DNA of 64,000 bases, from contig CP154954.1 in assembly GCA_039621445.1 (NCBI GenBank), forward strand, positions 45,549,847-45,613,846. The letters run 5' to 3'. A program made the position numbers and the translations under genes. Positions 13,971-26,630 of this stretch are shown one piece after another. The notes beneath the pieces were generated by a model. It searched no databases and was not told where the DNA came from. It saw nothing but the letters and a program-made list of their open reading frames with translations. This stretch comes from Euglena gracilis (taxonomy: Eukaryota). Numbering within the stretch: the stretch's first letter is position 1; every line of letters starts with the position of its first letter.

Positions 13971-14464
13971 ACCCTACATTGTACCCTCGTCGCAAAAGCA
14001 GTTCCCACGTTTCAATGTCCATCGGAATCACCCCCAACCACCAAAACGGTGAAGTTCACCGGTGGAGTCCCCCCGTACAACCGACTGAAATTTCCGGCCC
14101 CTGAAATTTCACGACATTTCACGATTTTTTACTTTTCTTTCCGACCACCTTTCACGAATGTCACCACCCCCCCCCCCCCCCCCGGGTGAAATTCACCATT
14201 TGAAACTTCACCGGGGGTCCGGACCCCCTCTCCAGGGTTGACGTCTTTTTTTTTGCATCTGTGAACAGAAGCCCGGCGCCTGCCCTGGGTTTCGTGGACA
14301 TGATCACGGATTACGGGGCATTAATTGGTTAATTAACGTCCTGATAATCGTGAACAACCTGTTCACGATCATCAGGCGTCCAGGTGAGCATGGCTTACTT
14401 CCTTACTCCACAATAGGCGAGGAACCCCCAAAATTTTGGTGTCCAGAAAATGTGGAATCAAACA

Positions 14465-14575
14465 CAGAGTTTTAAGCGGGACATTTAAGGCTTTTTGAAA
14501 GAATTTTTCATCCACTGCACAACCTTGCCATCTTCCTTGAAGAAATGTTCCCAACCCGGACATTTCTTCTTTCTT
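14465..14575 (-). pseudogene. Probable decayed BED-finger N-terminus of the hAT transposase
   Basis: KKKCPGWEHFFKEDGKVVQ...*MSRLK resembles BED W.HF...SRL pattern; Cys ligands lost, in-frame stop. Confidence 0.4.
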
Positions 14576-14838
14576 CAAAAAAAAAAGAAGCGATTAACTG
14601 GGGGGACAAGTGATTAACTGGGGGGAGAAGCGATTAACCAGTTTTCGATTAATGGTGGTTAATTGTCCCCCCCACAAACGAACGATTAATTGGGGGGGTC
14701 GGTAAACAAGCTAGCAGCCAAGAGGTGGTCCATTTGGGTCTAAAAAGACCCCCCCACCCTCCCGTGCAGATGATTCAACTGACCAGCAAGCTGGGCGAGA
14801 AGTGAAGTTAGCGCCGGCCATAAACAGACAAGAAGCCT

Positions 14839-15218
14839 TACCCTCACCCCCCCCCCTAATTGCCCCCCCCCCCTAATTGGCTAATTGGGGGGTCCTTAAG
14901 GAAGGTCCATTAGCCAATTAGGGGGGGGGGTTAGCCCAATTGGCCAATGGACGTTCCCTTGGCCAACTTTGGCCAATTTCGGCAAGGGCTCAGAAAACCT
15001 CCAAAAACGTCCGTTTCGAAAATGTTAAAAATTGCCGGATAAGAAAAAGTCATGACCAATCCAAAAATGCACAAAAAATCGACCAATTTTGCACAGGTCA
15101 AAAATTATAGGGTCGGGGTCCTCGAGCCCCCCCCCCTAATTGTCCCCCCCCCCCTAATTGGCTAATGGGGGGTCTGAAGGAGCCCGGCCATTAGCCAAAT
15201 AGGGGGGGGGTGAGGGTA
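14839..15218. mobile_element. MITE with taccctcaccccccc...gggggggtgagggta inverted termini
   Basis: Terminal inverted repeats, internal cccccctaattggc palindromic repeats. Confidence 0.7.
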
Positions 15219-16069
15219 GTGCAACTGAGGGGGACCAGGAGCCCCTCCCCCCATCCAAAACGAGCCATTTCACCACCCCAAAACAACCCTATCCCAAAAT
15301 CCAAAAACCTTAAATAAAATCCAAATACTCAAATTCATTAAATTTGTGCCTTCAACACCCTGCTATTGGCTAGTGGCGAGAAAGAAAAGTAATAAATCGT
15401 GAAATTTTGCGAAATTTCAGGGGCCGGAAATTTGAGTCACCACCCTACCAAAATCCTGCAAGTTACTGCCTGATCTCCCCCCCACTCTGGGAAGTCAACA
15501 TTTCCGGTCTGAACCGCCCGGGCACCTGGCCTCCTGACTGCACCATTTCCCCAAGATGTTCTTCCTTGGATGGAGAATTCTCCCTTTGGAGGTTGAGTCA
15601 AGGGGGTTCACCCCGTGACCCCCCCCCCTCATGACTCATCCTAAGACCCTTTTCAGCAAAATTTTTCAGAAACAAATTGGTTGGAGATGCCTAATTTGAA
15701 TACATATTCAAGTAAATTACTAATTTTGAGGCATAAATTTTACAAATTTGGGGATGGTGATTCCTAATTTGGTGTCAGAATACAAATTTAAGGTGTGGGG
15801 ATTCCTGATTTTTATGCATTTTCCCAAAAAATTTCTTGTTCGGTGATTCCTGATTCCCCTGACCCCCCGTGACCCCTCCCCCCCCGTGACCGTGACCCGA
15901 ACCACCTCCCAAAGCTACGAACTTCCCAAGGAAAAGAGATATTGTAGTTGAGAGCAGGCAAAACTGGCCTCCATCCCCTATTGTTCTAAATTGAATTTTT
16001 TTGCAATTTTTGCAAAAAAATTCCAAAACAAATTCTAGCGCCTGCATACCCGGGATCATACTTGTAGTT

Positions 16070-16620
16070 AGTGCGCCGCGGTGCTCATGCCACGGCGCAA
16101 AACTTTTTTTTCCGCGGTGGTCGCGGCGCACAGAAAGATTTTTGCCGCGATTGTCGCGGCACAAGCAAAATTTATTGCCGCGGTGGTCGCGGCGCAAGGG
16201 GAAAATTTTTCCGCGGTGGTTGCGGCGCAAAAAAAATTTCTGCCCGGAGCTCAAGAATGTTGATGTGGAGGTCTCGCTTGACATGGTGAAAGCTGATCTG
16301 TGAAAACAAACAAGAACATTTGCACAAAAGTTCACTACCTGCCGCCAAATACCCTTCTCGGCCATGGTCGAGAAAGTATCAAAGAGGCTAGGCAGGGGAA
16401 GGGGCCGAAAGGAAGTACATGTGGGACACAATTCAAAAAGACAATTGCCGCGGTGGTCGCAGCACAAACTTCAAAAGCTTCCGCGGCGGTCGTGGTGCAC
16501 ACATAAACCAGTGCCGCAGCATTCGCGGCGCACAAAAATTTTTTTGCCGCGGCGCTGCCGGTTACAAAAAAAAATTTTCCGCGGTGGTCGCGGCGCACGA
16601 AAACTTTTTTTCCGGTCGCA
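16070..16620. repeat. Arrays of ccgcggtggtcgcggcgca motif (~30-bp spacing), transposon subterminal-like
   Basis: About 11 copies in two clusters separated by ~190 bp of unique DNA. Confidence 0.75.
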
Positions 16621-17327
16621 CTAGCTACACGTATGCCCGGGACCCACGTTCCTCTTGACACTTAAGTTTTTTGAAGCTGCCTACTTGATGAGGGGTCAGC
16701 CCCATCGAGCTTTTCGCACCTCCCAAGTAAGGAGGTGTTGGGGGGGGCAATCAATGCGCAAGAAACAAACTTGACAAAGGAGGTTGATGATGTGTCGCAA
16801 AAAGATATCCCTTTTTGAGATGCTGACTTGTGACAGCTTTTGGAGGTGACATCACATCTTGAGAGCCTGGACAGAGCAACACAATTATGATGACATGACC
16901 TCACCCTCCCCTCAAAGTGGCCACCCTCCAGGCACCCATTGGGGGGGTGGTCAAAATTTGGCCTTCGGCGCCCACTTTGAGGGGGGGGTAAACCAAAATT
17001 CGCCAAAGAAAATTTGAGCATGTGGACAAAATGGCTTTGGGGTCTAACTTGCTTGGTTAACTCCTGAACGTCAGGGGGTGGAGATCATCCCCCCTTTCCT
17101 GCTCCAACTGACCCTGAGGGGGCCACGGAACGCCTTTTCAGGTCGGGCCTTTTCAGGCTCGCTCGCGCCGTACTCGCGCGTCGCACGTGCTTTTTTTGCG
17201 AGGGTGTCGCCCATGTCGGCGCGCTGTCCTTTGCCGTCGAGATGGGACACCGCGAGCCGTTGCTCACGCCTCTCGTCTCGCTGGCCTTCCAGAGGGGGCC
17301 CTTTTTCTCATTGATGGTATGGCGCAA

Positions 17328-17515
17328 CCTTGGAGATCAGGCGGTGAACTTTGGGTTTTTTTTGGGCGGGACCCCCCCCCACCTCCCCCTCCTCATTGGA
17401 AATACATGGACGAACTTCACCAGTGAACTTCACCGGTGAACTTCACCAGTGAAGTTTCTCCATGAAATTCCTTTAGGGGCGGAGCCCTCCCCCCCCAACC
17501 CCTGCCTAACCTCCC
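17328..17515. repeat. Dispersed repeat, second copy at 28563-28742
   Basis: ggagatcaggcggtga...gaacttcaccggtgaa...cctaacctccc near-identical in both places. Confidence 0.85.
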
Positions 17516-18559
17516 TTGTCTGTTGTTTTTCCGTCTCTCACCTCGGTTTGGAGCATTGGATCCGGAATTATTTGTCGGAAATAGACACTCACCCCCCACC
17601 TACCCCCGTGTATCAGGGTCATTTTTCATTGAATTCCCTTAAAATGCCCTGAGTCATGGCACAAAGTGGGGCCTCCAACAACCCACACATACCAACAAAC
17701 AACGCCCCCCTACCAAGAGGACGAGTGGGGGTGCGGCGAAATCAGAAACATCCTGTGCGCATATAGGGTTGATGATTGCAGCTTCCCTCCCCCAAATTGT
17801 CACCCCCCACCCCCCCCGAGTGGCCCAAAAAACGGGTAGTGACTTTTTGGGGGGTGGTATTTTTCTCTTTCAGGAGTGGTGTACCGATTTACGATAGAAA
17901 CAATGGGAGGAAAAGAATAGTAGGCGGTGGAGGAATACAGGGGTCAGGTGAGCTAGTCGGCGGCGGGAGGTAGTGGGTAGTCGGCGACTAGTCGGCGACT
18001 ACCCACTTAATGATCCTAACGAGGTCAAAAAAAACGCCGGAATTTTAAGAAAATGAGTATAAACCTCAAGGCCGGATGTTGGTGGAGGGTTCTTGAAAAG
18101 GAATGGGGGTGGGGAGTGGGGGTAGCCACCCAAGGGATTGGGGGGCTCCAGACCCCCAATCGGGGGTGAGTTGAATATGCCAAAAAAATGAGGGGAGGGG
18201 GGAAAATGTCCATTTTGGGCCACTTTTGACCAAAAGTACACCTCTTCCCATTGTGAAGTTAATTTTGATATATGTCAAAATTTGGGCGTGGGAGGTGAAG
18301 AGTGCTTTCACCACTAGTCGGCCGACTAATGGGTCGGCTATCTAGTCGGCGTGGTGGTATTGGGGAGTCGGGGGGGGGTCCTACTAACAAATAAACCACC
18401 CAAATGGCTCCAGAACCCCCCAATCGGGGGTGAATATGCAAAAAAATTGGGGGAAAATGTCCTTTTGGGCCACTTTTGACAAAAGTTCACCTCTCCCCAT
18501 TGAATTTTCAATATAGGTCAAAATTTGCACAAAAAAAGGGTCTTATCCCCCAAGTCTAT

Positions 18560-19290
18560 AGCCAACATAGAAGGGATTTTGTTATTTGAGGGGGGGGGGT
18601 GGGGGGGGGGAGCCCCCCCCGCCTATGCCAAAGTAAGCCACAAAAACGACTTAGCCCCCGCGTATCTTGCCAACACAGAAGGGATTTTGTTATTTGAGGG
18701 GGGGGGTGCGGGGGGGGGCGGAGCCCCCCCCGCCTATGCCAAAGTGAGCCACAAAAACGACTTAGCCCCCCCCGAATATGTTGCCAACACAGAAGGGATT
18801 TTGTTATTTGAGGGGGGGGGGTGCGGGGGGGGGCGGAGCCCCCCCCCCCCTATGCCAAAGTGAGCCACAAAAACGACTTAGCCCCCGAGTATGTTGCCAA
18901 CACAGAAGGGATTTTGTTATTTGAGGGGGGGGGGGGTGCGGGGGGGGGCGGAGCCCCCCCCGCCTATGCCAAAGTGAGCCACAAAAACGACTTAGCCCCC
19001 GATATGTTGCCAACACAGAAGGGATTTTGTTATTTGAGGGGGGCGTGCGGGGGGGGGCGGAGCCCCCCCGCCTATGCCAAAGTGAGCCACAAAAACGACT
19101 TAGCCCCCGAGTATGTTGCCAACACAGAAGGGATTTTGTTATTTGAGGGGGGGGGTGCGGGGGGGGGGGCGGAGCCCCCCCACCTATGCCAAAGTGAGCC
19201 ACAAAAACCACTTAGGGGGGGGGGGAGCCCACAAAAACGACTTAGCCCCCGAGTATGTTGCCAACACAGAAGGGATTTTGTTATTTGAGT
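18560..19290 (+). repeat. ~110-bp tandem minisatellite, about 6.5 copies
   Basis: gccaacacagaagggattttgttatttgag...gccaaagtgagccacaaaaacgacttagc repeated; related inverted motif at 21895-22140. Confidence 0.92.
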
Positions 19291-20838
19291 CTCGGATTGG
19301 GGTGGAGGGGGAGTTTTCTGCCTCTCGTGATGCAGAACGCAGATTGCAGATTGCATTTCTAAAGGATTTTAATGTAATCCCTGTTTCATCATTGGCTTTT
19401 TACCCCTCCGGACCCCCATCAAGGGCCCACCGACCCCCCACTGACCAAAGATTTCCATCTGGGGGTGTTTATTTAGGTGTAAGACACTTATTTGGACCCA
19501 TCCGGACCATTTCCGGGTGATTTGGGCCCGCCACAGACCATTTTTATGACCGCCGACTGGCCACCGACTAGTTTCCATTGGATTTTGTTCATGGGGGGGG
19601 GCTTAAAAGTCGGCGGTTTTGACCCGTTAGTACATTAGAGTGGGTAGTCGGCCGACTAGTTGGCCGACTACCCACTACCCCCCTCCCCCCTGTCTCGCCG
19701 ACTAGCTACCGACTAGGCCTAGTCGGTGGACCAATTGGGTAGTCGGCCGACTAGTCGGCCGACTACCCACTACCCCCCCCCCAGTCTACCGCCTTGCGCC
19801 CACCCCCCCAATAGTTGCCAGGGAGAGTTTTGGGGGGGGGGTGCCATTTGTGACATTGATGGGTCACACTGTTTACCCACAAAATAAGTCGTGGGGCGGG
19901 GGGTGCCCAAGGGGGGGCAAATCCTACTGCATTGTTGTGGGACCAGGAAAAATTTGCCGGGCTGGAGACCACCCCCAAAACCGCGATTATCACATAACAT
20001 GACCTTGCTAACCATTTTGGACACTTTGGCACTTTCATATTTGGTACCCAGATGCTGCCGCATGCCCGAAGCGATGTCTGAGACGCCGGTTCGGCGGGAA
20101 ATTTCCTGACGCTGGTATGGGCATGAGGCCCCAGACACAGTCACGTCCATCCTGTTTGTGTCATCCATTCTGTTTGTGCAAAGTGAAAAAAATTCCCCAT
20201 CAGAGTCGCGATTCTTCCAAGTCCTCTCATGTGTCCCCTCATTTTATGGCTCCGTGCGGATGATTGGCTATGACGATCCCAGAGGTCGACCGTTGTTGAT
20301 CCCAGAGGTCGACCAGTGTCCATGGTTGGGCCGACCGTTGGCCATGGCTTATCGACCATTGGAGGTCAGGCCGACCAGGTCGGCCCGACCTCCAATCATC
20401 TGCATTACCCCCCCCTTTTGAAATTTAAGCCCCCCCCCCCAGCGCCATTAGTAAATATCGATTCATTAAGGAATGACAATGGGATGACGTGGAAATGGCA
20501 GTAATGACCAAGGAATATGATTCAATTGACAGGAATACAATGGGATGACGTTGAAAATGGCAGTAATGGAACAAGATTGCACCTACTTACATTGCCAGCC
20601 ATGGGTGTAGAAGTATTTTTTTCTCGGGGGGGGGGGGGCGAGATTCTTGACAAGGCCCATTATGACCATTTTTTCCCCGCCGCCCAAAGGGCGGCAAGAC
20701 GGTAGCGCTTTTTTTCCATAAAAGATGGCATTTGTTTTTTTTATTTATTTTTGGGGGCTAGGCGCACCGCTCAGGGGGGTCCTGGGACCCCACCCCCCCG
20801 CACGGCCCCTGCGCGGCCGCCGCGCGGCCGCCTTCGAC

Positions 20839-21102
20839 CAGGCTTCTTTTTAAGACCCCCCGGGGGGGGGGAGGGGGGGTCCCCCCCACCCCCCCAAGGT
20901 GGCGCGGACCCCCCGGGGGGGGGGGGGACCCCCCCAAAATCGGGACCGTTAAAGACAATTTTCAAAAATTTTCGGCGCTTCACGCCGAAAAGGTATACCC
21001 AGCGCCTTCGGCGCGGGACCCCCCCCCCCTGGGGGGTCCGGCCCGGACCCACCCAGCCCCCCTCCCCCCCGGGGGGGGTCAGGTGACTTAAAAAGAAGCC
21101 TG
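20839..21102. mobile_element. hAT-type MITE, TIR caggcttctttttaag
   Basis: Perfect TIRs; flanks ccttcgac / ccatcgac (7/8 TSD). Confidence 0.88.
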
Positions 21103-22144
21103 CCATCGACCCCCCCACTTTGCCACCCAACAAAAAAAAATTCAAGGAAAACCCGCGACCTTTTGAGGCCTAAAAATGGACGAAATGACCATTTTTGACA
21201 TAAAATAATGCATTTCTCCAAAAGGTTTCCCCAAAAGGAGCCAAATTTGTCAACAGGAATGGTGTGTTTATGAAAAAATGAATTTCAGAAGCCATGTCAA
21301 AACACATGCCGTTTATTTCCGCCCCGTGGAAAAAGATTTTTGCCCCCTCCGACCCATGAGTTTTGGACTTGTTTTGCCGCCCGAAGGGCGGCGAGACGGT
21401 AGCGACATTCAACAGCAAAAACAGCCAAAAAGCTCAATGAAAAGTTGCGACCTTTTGTGAGAAATTTGAAAGGCACAGAGAATGTGGTGAGTAAAATACA
21501 CACTTTGCAAAAAAAATTTCTTTCCAAAATCTCGGGGGGGGGGGGCGGCCGCCCCCCCCCCCCCCCGACCCCCCACTTCTACACCTATGTTGCCAGCTGC
21601 CGATCTGAGGAGTAAGGAGAGCAGCGGCACTGCAGAACAGTAAGCATTTTGTTTCGTTTTCGTGTGAAAAGGTACGATCCAAAAAAGGTGACATTGGATC
21701 AGAAACGTCTATGCTGCAGACGTGGTGCAGATAAGAATAGGAACAGCAGAACGGACCGGCCTACGTCAAACTGCGGACAGCATTGGATACGCGGTGAAAA
21801 AATAGCCCCTCCCCCACATAAGAAAATGTGTTTTAGAATCCGTAATGAACTTAGTCGGTCTGGGCTGCCCCCCCCCCCCCCGGACCCCTCCCAAAATAAC
21901 AAAATACCCTTGTGTGTGCAAGGCAGGGCTGGGCAATAACACACACACCATACAAAATCCCCTGTGTGTGCAAACTGTTTTGTGTGCTAACTTAGTCGGC
22001 CTCCTCCAGGGGGGGGGGGCTGCCGCCCTCCCCCCCCCGGACCCCCCGGCCAAAAATAACAAAATCCCCTTGTGTGTGCAAGGCAAGGACGGCCAAAACG
22101 CGCACCCTAACAAAATCCCCTTGTGTGTGCAAGGCAGGGGTGGC

Positions 22145-23034
22145 CATAACTTGTTGTGCGGGTCGCGGTCGTGTCGGGCGTAGTCCAGCAGGTGGGCGGT
22201 GTGCAGGTCCACGGTGGGGCCGACGAACAGTGCCGAAGGCGGGGGTTGGCGGCGCCAGCGCCGCCCCTGCGCCGCGTTCCAGCACTCCCGCCGGTCCGCC
22301 TCCGGCTCGTCGGCGGTGTCCTCCAGCCCGCTGTCGTCCCCGTCGTCGTCCTCCGGGACCGCGTGGTAGTAGCCCCAGAACGGGTCTGGGTCGGCCCGCA
22401 AGCGGTCCACCACCGCGTCCTCCACGGGCAGGCCCAGCGTGCACGGCGCGGGGACCACCCAGTTCTCCGCGTAGGCATCGAGGACGCCGGGCGCGAAGCA
22501 ACCGGGGCGATTGTGCACGAGCGTGTGGAAGCCCATCCCCGCCGCATCCCGTTGGGCGCGGCGCACGCACCGCAGGGCGTCCTCCGCCTGCCGGTGGCCC
22601 GTCAGCCCCCTGCAGTCGTTCGTGAACTCCAGGTATTCACAGGCGTCCACGTAGAACAGGTTGCGCTCGCAGCCGCAGGCGCGGGGCTTGAGGAACCAGG
22701 CGGTGGACTGCCACTGCACCACCGTCCGCGGGTCGTTCAGCGCCCGCTGGAGCGGTCCGGACGTCCGGTTCAGGACGAGGAGAGTGGTCGGATCGCAGAA
22801 CGCCACCACCCGGTGTACCCACACCTCCGTGGGGATGCGCGCCCGCGGCCCGCACCGCTGCCGCTTCACTCCGCGCAGCACCACCCGGCAGGTAGCGGGG
22901 CTCCGCGGCGCCGGGGTCCCCGGGGCGGGTCGCGGCGGTGGCAGGGTCGCCGGCTAGGTGTCGTCCGCGGTCCAGAACCAGTCGTCTCCCGCCGGCTGTG
23001 CCGCGGGGATCTCCTGGCCGTGGAAATTCAGCAT
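22145..23034 (-). pseudogene. Intronless GC-rich F-box-like gene with one in-frame TAG and 3' end overrun by repeats
   Basis: ATG 23034 in frame with ORF 21766-22884 except TAG at 22954-22956; IPTEVWVHRVVAFCDPTTLLVLNRTSGPLQRALND fits the F-box pattern; poly-T/CAG acceptor 15 nt upstream of ATG; strong GC3 bias. Confidence 0.6.
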
Positions 23035-23145
23035 CGCGGGGACGAAAAACCTGCGGGCAAAAAAAATAACAAAAAAACCCCCAGACCGTTCCACGGTGAT
23101 AGGCTACCGGGCGCCCTCACCCCACATTCACCACTGGATGCTTGC

Positions 23146-23220
23146 CCCCGCCCCCCGGCCGAATGGTCCCCCGCGGCGCCGTCCATGCGAGCGACCCGGG
23201 TTCAAACCCCGATCGGGGAC
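23146..23220 (+). other. Degenerate tRNA-like sequence (A and B boxes; possible SINE head or tRNA pseudogene)
   Basis: cggccgaatgg (A-box-like) and ccgggttcaaacccc (T-arm/B-box) at tRNA spacing; acceptor and anticodon stems imperfect. Confidence 0.5.
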
Positions 23221-23321
23221 TGGGGTACTTCCGGACCGTCCCGCAGAGGGTCAAAAAGGTAAAGATAGGCTGTGCTCTGGATCCGCTTGGGCTCGGGAGA
23301 GCCTCGAACGGGCGTGCAGGG

Positions 23322-23590
23322 TCAGTCGTTCAGGGGGTCCCAGCCAGACCGGCACACGCCGTCCACGTACCGCCGGATCCCCTGTTCCCCCCCCCACACC
23401 ACGAGTTCGTTGCGGGAGCAGGTGTCGGCGGGGGACAGGCAGTAAAAACACCAGTCCTCCGCGGCCTCGTGTCCGCGGCGGACGAACGTGTGACCGTGCA
23501 CCACCCCCGAGGGTAGCCGCCGGTTCTTCCGGGGGCGGTGCCGCTCCCAGAGGTCCGCGTGGACCTCGGCCTTGTCCAAGAGGTACACCT
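23322..23590 (-). pseudogene. 5'-truncated GC-rich ORF of unknown function
   Basis: 88 codons with coding-like GC3 bias, cut upstream by the MITE at 23603. Confidence 0.4.
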
Positions 23591-23602
23591 TTGAGGGGTG
23601 AC

Positions 23603-23784
23603 TACCACCCCCCCCCCCTTTATTGTCCCCCCCCCTTTATTGTCCCTGGGCCCCGGCCGACGGGGGGTTTTTTTGGCCCGGCCAATGAAATTCCTTTGGT
23701 ACCCCTTTATTGTCCCCCCCCCTTTATTGTCCGGTCGGGCCTCCCGGGGGCAGGTCGGTGGGACAATAAAGGGGGGGGGGGGTA
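23603..23784. mobile_element. MITE with tacc(c)ntttattgtccc / gggacaataaa(g)nta termini
   Basis: Inverted termini with internal ccctttattgtcc repeats. Confidence 0.75.
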
Positions 23785-24540
23785 GCACAACCCAGGACCC
23801 CCCCCCCCTCCGTGGCTGCCGCCAGGGAACATTTTTTTTAATTCCTGCCCACGAGGCAGGGACCCCCACCCCTCCATGGCTGCCGCCAGGGAATATTTTT
23901 TTTAACTCCTGCCCACGAGGCAGGGACCCATTTTCTCCAAAAAAGAAATGTTCACAATTTTTGTCAAAAAATAACAATTTTTGTCAAAAAATTGAATTTT
24001 TCGGGGGGGCAAAACAATTTTTGTTTCAAAAAAAACGCCTCGATTTTGGAAAAAAAAACATTTTGATAAACATTTTCAAAAAAATCGTTGTATTTTTTTT
24101 CGGGCTGGGGGGGAGGAGGGGCAAAATTTGTTTCAAAAAAACGCCTTGATTTTGGAACAAAAAAAACAACATTTTGATAAAAATTTTTTTAAAAAAATCG
24201 ATTTGTATTTTTTTCGGGTGGGGGTAATTTTTTTAAAAAATGTGTATCAGTTTTTGTCATAAAAAACACCTTTTCATCATAGAAAACTTTCTTAAAAAAT
24301 TTCGATTTGGATTTGGGGTGGGCAATTTTTTTTTGTTTCAAAAAAAGATCAAAAGAAATCGTCCTCATTGATGATGATACGTGAAACAAACAATTCGGAA
24401 GAGAACAGAGAATATCGAAACAAATAAGTGATCTCGTTGAGAGATTATCGAAACCGACGAATGGCTCCATCGTGACCGGAGGGCACGTGTGCAAATAAAA
24501 CTATCCTATTTCCACAAACACACTGACCTAACTGCCGTTA

Positions 24541-24662
24541 AGTCGGTGACCCCCCCCACCGGACTCAGGACAAAGCCGGTGACCCCCTACGATGGACTCA
24601 GGGGTGACAAAGCCGGTGAGGGGGGGTCACCGGCTTTGTCCTGAGTCCGGTGACCCCCCCCC
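24541..24662. repeat. ccggactcaggacaaagccggtga palindromic repeat cluster; second cluster 25580-25752
   Basis: Motif present in both orientations in both clusters. Confidence 0.8.
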
Positions 24663-24953
24663 AATTTTTAAAAATGAATGATGAATCGTGTGGGGATGTG
24701 CGGGACAACCAATTAAACGCCAGGAAAGACCACCATGCACTAAAACGCCAGGAGGACCACAAGATTGCCAGGCACAGCACGAGGACAGAGAGAGCTCCCA
24801 CCAAAAAAAACCTGGTGCAAGCATCAAGCATACGTTATGGTATTAGTAGGTTCCAGGAGGGAAAAAAATGGAGGCAGACAGTTGGTGTGATCCTCATTGC
24901 TTACGCTCCGTGTTCAAAACACGGGCGGGTATGGGGGGCATCTCCCTGCTATC

Positions 24954-25400
24954 ACAACGAGGACAACATCAACTGTTGCGAGGGGGGGGGGGCATGGTAC
25001 GGCCAGCGCAATCAAGGTGCCAAAATTCGTGGCATGAGTCGCAGTCCATTGGGCGCAAACCGCGTAGAAAGTACCGAGCACAAGGCTTTCCTTGCATGTG
25101 CTCCTCGGTGTTTCCGTCTTTAGTTCGGGGAACGGGTACATGGGTACCCCAGCCTACCGACACAGAAGCTGCCTTTGGGCCTTATGGGCAATCTTTTCTG
25201 CTTCTGTGTCAAAGATGGCGTGCATTGTGAGCACATACTTTGCAAAAGCGCACATGTGCTCGTCCAGGTGATCAGTTTTGCAGCCTCTCACATCACAAAT
25301 TTTCTGGAAATTGGTAAGAATACCCCCCTTACTAATTTTTGGCACTTCCATCAGGCTGAGGTGCAGATTCTGTTAAAAAAAAATTGTCCCCAAAAAGCAC
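24954..25400 (-). pseudogene. Decayed ORF ending in a PHD finger
   Basis: PCAR[Y]...CDSCHEFWHLDC...PPRNS*CCPRC: C4HC3 spacing with Cys->Tyr and Trp->TGA lesions. Confidence 0.68.
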
Positions 25401-26184
25401 TGTATCCGCAGATTCTTTTTTCATTGGGGATTCCGTAAATTCTTTCAACCTTGCCAAAAGGGCACTTGGGGTGGGCGTGGGTCCCAAGCCATCCTCAGCT
25501 ACCACAACGGCCTGTGCCGGCATCATTTTGGCTAATGGAAACAAGAAACCGATGATGAAAAACAGAATTTTCCTCATTAGGGAGTCACCGGCTTTGTCCT
25601 GAGTCCGGTGGGGGGGGTCACCGACTTAAAGCAAGACCCCCCCCTCACCGGCTTTGTCCTGAGTCCGGTGGGGGGGGTCACCGGCTTTGTCCTTCGGACA
25701 AAGCCGGTGACCCCCCCCACCGGACTCAGGACAAAGCCGGTGAGGGGGGGGTCTTTCTTGATATAATATGACTTCATCCCCTGCGCTGCTGTTTCGCATT
25801 AGCCACACGCAGGCTGCGCCGTACCTGGCTGGCTGCAGGCTGGGGCTGTTGTTGTGGCTCACAGACTTGCTCGGTATCACGAAGGGGCTCTTCTTGAGGC
25901 TCACGGAAGAGGGGCTCTGCCTCACGAGTACCCTGTGGAATTTTTTTTGAAATATAAAGAACAAAATAAAAATACACACATCAACGACATCAACAGGGGA
26001 GGGTCGTCCATCTTGTTCGCTTTCAGCCTGAAGAACAAAGGAATTAAAACACACACAAAAAAACATACCACCGAGAAACCCTGTGTGAGTTCACTCAATA
26101 TCCAAATGCTCATTCTCACCCAGCCAGCAACACCAGATGCATTGACTGCTGGTTTCTCATTTTTTGTGTGTCGGAATGGCACAA

Positions 26185-26630
26185 CATGCTTGCATGCCAT
26201 GATGCATGCATGCCATGCATGCATGCATGGCATGATGCATGCATGTATGCATGGCATGATGCATGGCATGCATGCATCTCACAAAACACACACAAAAAAG
26301 AAACCAGGTCAACAACAGGGACAGTGGAAACAAAAGCTGGGGTTGGGACTGGGGCTCTGCACTGGGGCTGGGGCTGGGGCTCGGGCTGGGGCTGGAGCTG
26401 GGGCTGGCTGCACCGGGGCTGGGGCAGGGGCTGGCTGCACCGGGGCTGACTGCACCAGGGCTGGGGCTGGGGCTGAGGACGGGGTTGGGACTGGGGCTGG
26501 TTGCACTGGGGCTGGCTGCACCGGGGCTGGAACTGGGGCTGGGGCTGGCTGCACCGGGGCTGACTGCACTGGGGCTTGGGCTGGGGCTGAGGACGGGGCT
26601 GGGACTGGGGCTGGCTGCATTGGGGTTGGA
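26185..26630. repeat. (GCAT)n-like microsatellite followed by ggggct/tgcacc minisatellite
   Basis: Direct inspection. Confidence 0.85.

Noticed and set aside
16070-19290. Regularly spaced repeats resembling CRISPR arrays
   Set aside because: Spacers are not unique, repeats are degenerate, no cas genes, eukaryotic context
22156-23262. 368-aa plus-strand ORF
   Set aside because: Antisense shadow of the GC3-biased minus-strand ORF
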